Positions 17,040 to 24,708 of a DNA stretch of 30,378 nucleotides are shown in pieces. The stretch lies in assembly GCA_945861145.1 (NCBI GenBank), contig CAMATL010000013.1, forward strand, positions 1 through 30,378, written 5' to 3'. A model generated the notes under the pieces. It worked only from the letters and a program-made list of their open reading frames with translations, ran no database searches and was not told the origin of the DNA. The stretch's first letter is position 1, and every line of letters begins with the position of its first letter. A program made the translations under genes and the position numbers. Source of the DNA: a candidate division TM6 bacterium GW2011_GWF2_37_49 (GTDB taxonomy: Bacteria > Babelota > Babeliae > Babelales > RVW-14).

Positions 17040-19130
17040 ATGAGAGCAATCAGTCATTGGTTTGGCACCAATAAATTACGTGCATTATTTATAAGCACGG
17101 TGTTCATTAAACTGTTTTTTATCATTTTGTTTTGTTCCGAATTTGTTCCAAAATTCTTCCTCCCCTTTGTTGACCACTTTGTTAATAACTGGGGAGATCC
17201 TTGGCAACATTTTTGGCGACAAGGCAACGGCATAGAATTTCCTTACAACCCATTGATGTTGTATATTTTGGCCATTTTTGTAAAATTCGGCCAATTACTA
17301 CATGCCCCTGTTTTTTTAACTGAAATATTGCTCAAATTACCCATTCTTGCCGCTGACTGTCTTCTTACTTATCTCATGCTGCGATCCTGTAGAGGTAAAG
17401 CGCTTGAAACACTCTTCTTTCTCTCTTTTTCACCAATATTAATCTACGCCTCGTTTATGCATACTCAACTGGATATCATTCCCACAGCATTACTGTTTTT
17501 AGCCATCTATCTGATTCGATTTCAGCCGTCACGTATCGCTGGTGGTATTTTTGGCAACACGCTTGTCGCTGGTAGTGTGTTTGGCGCCGCGCTTGCTACC
17601 AAGCTTCATGTTGCGGCTGCAGGTCCACTCCTAGCAATCTATCTTTGGAAAAATAAAGGCTGGCGCATCGGACTACTATTCACAACTATGGCCACAACCG
17701 TTTATGCCTTTTTTATAACACCTTTTTTATTCTCAGAAGGGTTTTATCGCATGGTACTTACCCATCCAAAGCAAATGATGGTATTTGATGTATTTGCTCA
17801 ACTGGGACAATTAAAAATACTCGTCCCTGTATTTTCTTTAATGGTTTTATATGGTCGTTTTTTGACCTATAAAAAAATCAACCTTGACCTACTCGAAAGC
17901 TTTTTAGCAATCACTTTTGCCACACTCGTATTTTTTATTATTCCTGCGCCAGCATGGTATGTGTGGATGCTACCATTTATTGCATTGCTTTTCATACGCA
18001 ATTACCAACAAAACAGCCTCTTAGTCTTTCTGTACCTTGCGCTCAATGTTAGTTATCTGATTTTTTTTGTTTTCTTTTATCGTGAAGCGGGCATGCAAGA
18101 TTTGCTGCTTTTCGGGCAATCACTTAACTTCAAAATCCACCATGAAAAATTAGCTAATCTTTCTTTTACCTTGCTCGAAAGTATCTTATTTCTTGTCATC
18201 TATTTTGTTTATAAAGCAGGCATCAAAAGTAATGAGCTCTACGCGCGCCAACAAAATTTGGTTATAGGCATCAGTGGAGATAGTGGCACTGGGAAGAGCA
18301 CGCTCATGAAACAATTTATCGAAATTTTTAACGTCAAGGCAACTCTTATTGAAGGTGATGGAGATCACCGATGGGAGCGAGGCGATACACATTGGCAAGA
18401 AATTACTCACCTCAATCCTAAAGCAAATTTTTTGCATCGGCAGGCAGAACACATACTGCTTTTAAAAAATCACCAACCCGCGTGGCGCACCAACTATAAT
18501 CACCACACTGGCAAATTTGATGCCCCGCAAAAAATAGAACCTACTGACTTTATTCTTCTCAGCGGCTTACACCCGCTCTACTTACCAAAGATGCGCAAAC
18601 TTATAGACGTTAAAATTTATCTTGATCCTCAAGAAAAGATCAAACGACACTGGAAAATTACACGTGATATGCGCGAACGCGGTCACAGCAAAGACCATAT
18701 CTTAGAACAAATGGACCGCCGCACAAATGACATTAAAAAATATATTGATCCTCAAAAAGAATTTGCTGACATCATAATTCATTATTTTACTACTGATGAC
18801 TTTGAAGTAGGCTTTACTCAAGCACAATTCGCAAAACAGCTCAAAATTACCTTTGATTCCAGTATTAAAATTGAGCCTCTCTTGCAAATACTTATTCAGG
18901 CCCAGGTCAATACAGAATGGAATTATGCTGATGATTTACGCACTCAGGAATTAATTTTAGATAAGCCTTTAGATGCTCAAATTTTATGCCAACTACACAC
19001 CGATTTATTACCAAATATTGAAGAGCTCTTAGCAAGCAAGCTTGAGTGGCTTGACGGATACGATGGATTTGTGCAATTTATTTGCTTAATGGTTGTTAGT
19101 GAAAAAATGAAGGAGCGTCATGCAAGCTAA
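17040..19130 (+). CDS. Fusion protein: N-terminal polytopic membrane domain (~420 aa, unknown family) + C-terminal phosphoribulokinase/uridine-kinase family P-loop kinase
   Basis: C-terminal domain carries IGISGDSGTGKSTL, YNHHTGKFD, LLSGLHPLY, DVKIYLD...WKITRDMRERGHS and YIDPQKEFADIII, which are strong PRK-family signatures. The N-terminal half is uniformly hydrophobic. Confidence 0.75.
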   Translation: MRAISHWFGTNKLRALFISTVFIKLFFIILFCSEFVPKFFLPFVDHFVNNWGDPWQHFWRQGNGIEFPYNPLMLYILAIFVKFGQLLHAPVFLTEILLKLPILAADCLLTYLMLRSCRGKALETLFFLSFSPILIYASFMHTQLDIIPTALLFLAIYLIRFQPSRIAGGIFGNTLVAGSVFGAALATKLHVAAAGPLLAIYLWKNKGWRIGLLFTTMATTVYAFFITPFLFSEGFYRMVLTHPKQMMVFDVFAQLGQLKILVPVFSLMVLYGRFLTYKKINLDLLESFLAITFATLVFFIIPAPAWYVWMLPFIALLFIRNYQQNSLLVFLYLALNVSYLIFFVFFYREAGMQDLLLFGQSLNFKIHHEKLANLSFTLLESILFLVIYFVYKAGIKSNELYARQQNLVIGISGDSGTGKSTLMKQFIEIFNVKATLIEGDGDHRWERGDTHWQEITHLNPKANFLHRQAEHILLLKNHQPAWRTNYNHHTGKFDAPQKIEPTDFILLSGLHPLYLPKMRKLIDVKIYLDPQEKIKRHWKITRDMRERGHSKDHILEQMDRRTNDIKKYIDPQKEFADIIIHYFTTDDFEVGFTQAQFAKQLKITFDSSIKIEPLLQILIQAQVNTEWNYADDLRTQELILDKPLDAQILCQLHTDLLPNIEELLASKLEWLDGYDGFVQFICLMVVSEKMKERHAS

Positions 19131-19830
19131 TCACAATCGACGCATTATTAAGGGCTTGCTTTTCGATCTTGATAACACATTGTATCATTATAATCCTGCT
19201 CATGAAGCTGGACTCAGTGCTGTTTTTAAAACACTCAGTCAACAAGTAACTCAATCTCCAGCAGAATTATCTACCGTTTACGAGCAGGCAAAGCAACAGG
19301 TTAAACACCGACTTCATAGTACCGCAGCTTCTCATCATCGACTACTATATCTTCAAGCTATGCTTGAACTGCTTGGGCTTTTCTCTCCCACCCTTACCCA
19401 AGATCTTTACAACCATTACTGGAATGCATTTTTTGCAGCCATGCAACCAATTACAGGGATGAGTGAAACCCTGCATAGATTAGCAAAAAGCTATAGTATC
19501 GGAATAGTAACTAATTTTGTTGCAGACATTCAGTATCGAAAACTTGAACAACTCGGTATTGCAAACCTCATAAGCCATCTCGTCACAAGCGAAGAAATAG
19601 GCTGCGAAAAACCTGATCCAAGAGTCTTTTTTGCCGCTTGTAAAAAAATGCAGCTACAAGCAGATGAGGTATGCATGATCGGTGACGATCTAGAGATTGA
19701 TATAATTCCTGCACAACATTTAGGCATGGAAACTTATTGGCTGGTCCCACAAACCAGTACTACAAAACAAGAGCATTCATTGTTTAAAACATGTTCGACC
19801 TTCTATGACATCGAAGAGAGATTACAATGA
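19120..19830 (+). CDS. HAD-superfamily hydrolase (subfamily IA-like phosphatase)
   Basis: Motif I FDLDNTLY, motif II IGIVTNF and motif IV GDDLEIDI. Overlaps the upstream gene by 11 bp. Confidence 0.8.
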   Translation: MQANHNRRIIKGLLFDLDNTLYHYNPAHEAGLSAVFKTLSQQVTQSPAELSTVYEQAKQQVKHRLHSTAASHHRLLYLQAMLELLGLFSPTLTQDLYNHYWNAFFAAMQPITGMSETLHRLAKSYSIGIVTNFVADIQYRKLEQLGIANLISHLVTSEEIGCEKPDPRVFFAACKKMQLQADEVCMIGDDLEIDIIPAQHLGMETYWLVPQTSTTKQEHSLFKTCSTFYDIEERLQ

Positions 19831-20924
19831 CAACAATCTTAGACCTTATTGAACTTTCAAAATGGGCCGGCCAACGCTTTGACCTCGTGCAAGCTGGCGG
19901 GGGTAACTCATCATTTAAAACTGATGATAACCAAATGTTTATTAAAGCATCTGGCATTAGTTTAAGCGAAGTAAGCACATCAAATGGTTTTGTTACCGTT
20001 GATTTAGTCCCCTTGCGCAAAGGGCTTACAAAGCTACACAAACAACAAGAAACCCTTGATAAAAAAGCGCTCGAAGCTGCTGCAGAAGAACTTCTAGCTA
20101 AAGTAAAAACAGCAACCAACGTCGCTCGCCCATCAATCGAGACCTTTTTACATGCTTATCTTGAGACCTATGCTATGCACACTCACGGCATTGTAGTTAA
20201 CACAATTGCTTGTCGTAAAAATTGGCGCGAAACTTTTGAGCAAATTTTCCCCGAGAGCCTCTGTGTTTCCTATAAAACACCAGGCATTGAGCTCGCGCTT
20301 GAACTCGACCTACAAGTCAGCGCCTACATCAAAGAAAAAGGCAAGAAACCAAGTATTATTTTTTTACAAAATCACGGGCTCATTGTCAGCGCACCAACAG
20401 CGGCTGAAGTTAAATTTTTGACCGAAGAAGTTACGATTAAACTCGAACAATTTCTTAATATCACCAACAATACGTACCGCTTAACATCAGTGATTTCGGA
20501 AAACATACACAACGTATTTGGCGCCAGCAAGGTTTCCTACCTTTCTAACGACGCAGGCCTACGCGAGCTAATTATTAATGCAAAGCCTTTATTTTTCCAA
20601 CGACCATTTACCCCTGACACACTCGTGTATTGCGGCGTGCGCCTGCTCGTCCTCAATGATTTTGACGATGCAGACACACTAACTAAATATAAAGAAAATT
20701 TCACAGAAATTCCTCGTGTTATTATTTGCCGCGATCTGATATTTTTCATTGCAGATTCAGTACGCAAAGCACGCGAGATCGAAGAAGTACTGAAATTTCA
20801 CCTTGCAGTACTTGTGATTAATGTCACCCAAAATATTCAACCACAAGACATTCAATTCTTGGAAGAAGAAGAGCTTAATTATTTAGCCAAATGGGATGCT
20901 GAAAAGTACCGTCAGGCAGTTTAA
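19827..20924 (+). CDS. Class II aldolase/adducin-family domain protein (ribulose-5-P 4-epimerase / MtnB-dehydratase-like N-terminal domain) + C-terminal domain of unknown function
   Basis: AGGGNSSFK (substrate-phosphate-binding GN-S motif), the HTHG metal-ligand pair and the NHGLIVSA motif. ATGA overlap with the HAD gene. Confidence 0.65.
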   Translation: MTTILDLIELSKWAGQRFDLVQAGGGNSSFKTDDNQMFIKASGISLSEVSTSNGFVTVDLVPLRKGLTKLHKQQETLDKKALEAAAEELLAKVKTATNVARPSIETFLHAYLETYAMHTHGIVVNTIACRKNWRETFEQIFPESLCVSYKTPGIELALELDLQVSAYIKEKGKKPSIIFLQNHGLIVSAPTAAEVKFLTEEVTIKLEQFLNITNNTYRLTSVISENIHNVFGASKVSYLSNDAGLRELIINAKPLFFQRPFTPDTLVYCGVRLLVLNDFDDADTLTKYKENFTEIPRVIICRDLIFFIADSVRKAREIEEVLKFHLAVLVINVTQNIQPQDIQFLEEEELNYLAKWDAEKYRQAV

Positions 20925-20926
20925 AT

Positions 20927-20969
20927 AAAAAGAGAGATCCCTGGCCCTTGCCAGGGATCTCTCTTTTTA
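20927..20969 (+). terminator. Strong rho-independent terminator, bidirectional in form (A-tract, 14-bp perfect stem, T-tract)
   Basis: aaaAGAGAGATCCCTGGcccttgCCAGGGATCTCTCTttttt. Confidence 0.85.
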
Positions 20970-20987
20970 AGTCGAAAGAAAACCCAC

Positions 20988-22697
20988 ATGCACATCATTA
21001 TCCCAATGTCTGGCGTAGGCGCACGATTTCAAGCCGCAGGATACAAAGACCCCAAGCCTCTTATCTTGGTAGATGGCAAACCAATTATTGAGCATGTGGT
21101 TAATCTTTTTCCAGGCGAAACAAAATTCACCTTCATCTGCAATGAAGAGCATTTACAAACCACCGCAATGCGTGAAATCTTACAACGCATTGCTCCCTTA
21201 AGCTCCATTGCAAGCATCCCTCCACACAAGTTAGGCCCCGTATTTGCAACACTGCAAATGCAAGATTTAATCGATGACCAAGAAGAAGTAATCGTTAATT
21301 ATTGCGATTTTGGCACCTACTGGGATTACCAAGATTTTTTAAGCCACACGCGCAATCGCGCCGCCGCCGGAGCTATTCCAGCCTATCGAGGTTTTCATCC
21401 CCACATGCTTGGTACCACTAACTACGCATTTATTAAAGATTCAAATCAATGGCTAGAAGCCATTAAAGAAAAAGAACCTTGGACCAATAATCGCCTGCAA
21501 GAATATGCCTCCAATGGCACCTATTATTTCGCACGCGGCAGCTACGTAAAAAAATATTTTGAACAGGCAATCAAGCGCAATTTAAGCATCCCCGGTGCGA
21601 CCGGTGCGAATGGCGAATTTTATGTAAGCCTTGTGTACAACCTCATGGTTGAAGACAAATTACCAGTCTCAATCTACGAAATTCAGCATATGCTGCAGTG
21701 GGGAACCCCGCAAGATTTACGCGAATACGAAGCCTGGTCTGGCTATTTTCGCCAGCTTGTGGAAAAACCAAGCATCTCTCAATCTGTTGAACAGCGGAGC
21801 GTTAACCTTATCCCGCTCGCAGGGCGCGGCAAACGATTTGCTGACGAAGGCTACACTACACCAAAGCCTTTAATTCCAGTCAGCGGTAAGCCCATGATTG
21901 TACAAGCAGCGGCAGCACTGCCACGAGCAGAACAGCAAATATTTGTGTGTTTACAAGATCATTTAAATACCGCCCCGCTTAAACAAGCACTTAAGCAGGC
22001 CTACCCTCATGCATCGGTGATTGGTATCAATGCCGTCACAGAAGGGCAAGCTTGTACGTGCGCCATTGGATTGAATAATGTTGCCCCTGAAGCACCTGTT
22101 ACTATTGGCGCTTGTGACAACAGCATGCTTTTCGATAGAAAAAAGTATGAGGCTTTGCGCGATCGCGCTGATGTCGATGCCATCATATGGACATTTAAAA
22201 ATCATCCTTCTGCAAAAACTAATCCACAAATGTACGGGTGGGTTATCACTGATGATCAAAATAAGGCCGTAGGCGTTTCAGTAAAAAAAGCAATCTCATC
22301 TACGCCTGAAAAAGACCATGCCATTGTTGGTGCTTTTTATTTTAAAAAAGCAGCTCATTTCACGGCAGGACTTGAATCACTCTATAAAAACAATATTCGC
22401 ATAAATAATGAATTTTATGTCGACAGCCTCTGCGGAGAGCTGATCAAACTCGGGCTCAATGTTTATGTCTTTGAAGTTGATTTTTATGTGTGCTGGGGAA
22501 TCCCAAACGATTTACGCACCTTCAATTACTGGCAAAGCTTTTTCCATAAGTGTTCATGGCACCCCTACTCAATCAGCAAGGATCATATGGTTGCAGCTGA
22601 GGCTCAACAAAAGCTCATTGAGGAAGCAACAACATTTGCACAATCATGTGACTCTTTTTATAGTTCGCAATCAAACGATTTAGCAAAAACGATTTAG
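20988..22697 (+). CDS. Protein with two tandem sugar-phosphate nucleotidyltransferase (NTP_transferase/GxGxR-type) domains
   Basis: Each half begins with the nucleotidyltransferase signature: IIPMSGVGARF...PKPLILVDGKPIIEHV and LIPLAGRGKRF...PKPLIPVSGKPMIVQA. Confidence 0.7.
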   Translation: MHIIIPMSGVGARFQAAGYKDPKPLILVDGKPIIEHVVNLFPGETKFTFICNEEHLQTTAMREILQRIAPLSSIASIPPHKLGPVFATLQMQDLIDDQEEVIVNYCDFGTYWDYQDFLSHTRNRAAAGAIPAYRGFHPHMLGTTNYAFIKDSNQWLEAIKEKEPWTNNRLQEYASNGTYYFARGSYVKKYFEQAIKRNLSIPGATGANGEFYVSLVYNLMVEDKLPVSIYEIQHMLQWGTPQDLREYEAWSGYFRQLVEKPSISQSVEQRSVNLIPLAGRGKRFADEGYTTPKPLIPVSGKPMIVQAAAALPRAEQQIFVCLQDHLNTAPLKQALKQAYPHASVIGINAVTEGQACTCAIGLNNVAPEAPVTIGACDNSMLFDRKKYEALRDRADVDAIIWTFKNHPSAKTNPQMYGWVITDDQNKAVGVSVKKAISSTPEKDHAIVGAFYFKKAAHFTAGLESLYKNNIRINNEFYVDSLCGELIKLGLNVYVFEVDFYVCWGIPNDLRTFNYWQSFFHKCSWHPYSISKDHMVAAEAQQKLIEEATTFAQSCDSFYSSQSNDLAKTI

Positions 22698-22756
22698 CCG
22701 CTACCAAGACAGCTTGAATATTTAAACCTACCTGCACTCAAAAGCCCTGGCAATTC

Positions 22757-22785
22757 TTGACAACAGCTATAAACCCGCGCTAAAT
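22757..22785 (+). promoter_or_regulatory. Sigma70-type promoter of cassette copy 1 (TTGACA, 17-bp spacer, CTAAAT); 48-nt leader conserved with copy 2
   Basis: ttgacaacagctataaacccgcgctaaat. Paralogous block at 25674..25702. Confidence 0.55.
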
Positions 22786-22833
22786 TTCGCCCAGTTAGTC
22801 ATTTATTGCTGATTCCTATTTGAAAGGGCTATC

Positions 22834-23199
22834 ATGGATTTAATTATGAGATGTAATAAGTGCAACAGAGAGGTTCATTTTGCTGAATTTATGGGGTATG
22901 CAACAGGATATTTGCTTGAAAAAATTGGTCCTATGTTATTAGAGGCGACCGTTAAGGCCCTTATTGCATGTCTTACAGCCACAGCAGAAAAATCCTCACC
23001 AAATGCACCTACAGAAATCACCTTACAAACCAGAGGGGTGGTAGATAATACAATGGCTGGTATAGCTCTTTACTTTAAAATTGCCTGCCCTGATTGCAAA
23101 CAATGCTGCTGGCAAGCAGCTTCTACACCTAACGTAGAAATTCAAAAAAAGGCCATACCAAAGAGTCCCCAAAAAAAAGAAGTCTCTACTTCAACTTAA
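22834..23199 (+). CDS. Small cytoplasmic CxxC...CPDC (zinc-ribbon-like) protein with Lys/Ser/Thr-rich C-terminal tail; family A, copy 1
   Basis: MDLIMRCNKCNREVHFAEFMGYA...IACPDCKQCCW...KKAIPKSPQKKEVSTST. Paralogous to 25751..26095. Confidence 0.6.
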   Translation: MDLIMRCNKCNREVHFAEFMGYATGYLLEKIGPMLLEATVKALIACLTATAEKSSPNAPTEITLQTRGVVDNTMAGIALYFKIACPDCKQCCWQAASTPNVEIQKKAIPKSPQKKEVSTST

Positions 23200-23237
23200 T
23201 TTGAAAATTAATTATAAATCGAAGAAAGGGGAGTGTA

Positions 23238-23759
23238 ATGAATGTTTATCAAATTATGTTTATTAGCATACTTGTAGTATCAACACCGCTGATTGCATGG
23301 GACAACAAGGATGTCAATCAAGAATTAGAAATTTCTTGCAATGCTGATTTAACTTCACTTCTCAATGAAAACATCTCCAAATTCACTGTCATGGCTGTTA
23401 AAGCTAACTCGGTGGTAGTTTTTTTTGATGAAAAATTCAATGGCAACCCAGAATTAATTTGTACAAACTGCAGCAGAAGACTTTCTTATGCTGAATTTTT
23501 TGGTGTTATTGGAGCCATGACACTACAAAAAGTGCTAACAAGTAGCGATAAGTTTGAAGTTGTCATCTCTTTTTTTGACTCATTTACTAAGTTACTTGAA
23601 GCAGAAAATTTGGCCGTAATTGCAGCTTTCATGCTGGAATCAATTAAAAAAAAAGATGATCTGAGGAGCTATCCATGCCCAGATTGCAAGAAAAGTAACT
23701 CATGGATTTATGCCCCATATGAATCAGAAGTCAACGCAAAAATCAAAGCCCAGGCATAA
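23238..23759 (+). CDS. Secreted CxxC...CPDC protein; family B, copy 1, distantly related to family A
   Basis: Signal peptide MNVYQIMFISILVVSTPLIA. Core CTNCSRRLSYAEFFG...YPCPDCKKSNSW. RBS aaaggggag. Paralogous to 26134..26670. Confidence 0.6.
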   Translation: MNVYQIMFISILVVSTPLIAWDNKDVNQELEISCNADLTSLLNENISKFTVMAVKANSVVVFFDEKFNGNPELICTNCSRRLSYAEFFGVIGAMTLQKVLTSSDKFEVVISFFDSFTKLLEAENLAVIAAFMLESIKKKDDLRSYPCPDCKKSNSWIYAPYESEVNAKIKAQA

Positions 23760-23787
23760 CTGCTAAAAAAATCTACCACTCACTTTG

Positions 23788-24023
23788 TTGAAGTTGATTT
23801 TTATGTGTGTTGGGGAATCCCAAACGATTTACGCACATTCAATTACTGGCAAAGCTTTTTCCATAAATGTTCATGGCACCCCTACTCAATCAACAAGGAT
23901 GATATGATTGCAGCTGAGGCTCAACAAAAGCTCATTGAGGAAGCAACAACATTTGCACAATCATGTGACTCTTTTTTTACTTCTCAGTTGAGTAAAAAAA
24001 AGGTGACTGAATTATGCAAATAA
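23788..24023 (+). pseudogene. Duplicated 3' fragment of the nucleotidyltransferase gene (~97% identity to 22471..22659). It has no ATG (the listed ORF 23805..24023 starts at a GTG) and preserves a different, probably ancestral, C-terminus overlapping the GNAT start
   Basis: 6 mismatches over about 190 bp against 22471..22659. Homology fades over the next ~13 bp in both copies. In-frame remnant reads ...VCWGIPNDLRTFNYWQSFFHKCSWHPYSI... Confidence 0.75.
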
Positions 24024-24514
24024 GATCACTAACTCAAAAAGATTGGTTAATTTGGAAGAAAATTCGATTAGAAGCTCTAAAAGATTCGCCCGAAAATTTT
24101 GGATCCGCTCATGAAGAAGAATCAAATTGGAAAGGTTCAGATTTTCGAAATAGCTTACAAAAAAACAATATCTTTGGAGCCTTCATTAACCATGAACTTA
24201 TAGCTTGCGCTGGATTTTATAAAATGAATTCACTCAAAACAAAACATCGAGGTGTTATTTGGGGGGTATATACACAGCCTGAACACAGATTGAAAGGCGC
24301 ATCCAACAGCTTAATTGAAGCTATTATTATTCATGCCAAAGAACATGTAATACAAATACATTTAACTTGTGTAACAACAAATCTTGGCGCAATTAAGCTT
24401 TATCAAAAACATGGTTTTTTAATTTATGGAACTGAACCTCGCTCGCTCAAAATTGATGATATATTTTTTGACGAACACTTGATGATTTTTGTATTTAACA
24501 AAGATTCGCAATAA
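24014..24514 (+). CDS. GNAT-family N-acetyltransferase
   Basis: Acetyl-CoA-binding motif HRLKGASNSLIEAII in a 166-aa protein. RBS aaggtga upstream. Confidence 0.75.
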   Translation: MQIRSLTQKDWLIWKKIRLEALKDSPENFGSAHEEESNWKGSDFRNSLQKNNIFGAFINHELIACAGFYKMNSLKTKHRGVIWGVYTQPEHRLKGASNSLIEAIIIHAKEHVIQIHLTCVTTNLGAIKLYQKHGFLIYGTEPRSLKIDDIFFDEHLMIFVFNKDSQ

Positions 24515-24559
24515 TCAAACTATACTCTTCATGGTTGAAAAACAGGATTTTGGTGGATC

Positions 24560-24627
24560 CCGGCTCGCAGGCCGGGATGACAGGAGAGGAATGACCTTCT
24601 ACATTGTCATCCCGCCCTGCGAGCCGG
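24560..24627. repeat. GC-rich 23-bp inverted repeat (22/23 match) with a 22-nt spacer, between convergent genes; REP/MITE-like palindrome or bidirectional terminator
   Basis: CCGGCTCGCAGGCCGGGATGACA ... TGTCATCCCGCCCTGCGAGCCGG. Each arm also carries an internal CCGG...CCGG mini-palindrome. Confidence 0.6.
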
Positions 24628-24708
24628 AATACATTCTTGATATAAAAAAGTCAGTATTTTCAAGAGGGTTGAGTATAATATCAATATTTACTCCAGAATT
24701 CACTTACA

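Noticed and set aside
23805-24023. 72-aa ORF called as an independent gene
   Set aside because: It is a ~97% duplicate of the nucleotidyltransferase 3' end, lacks an ATG (GTG only) and has no RBS. Treated as a pseudogene remnant.
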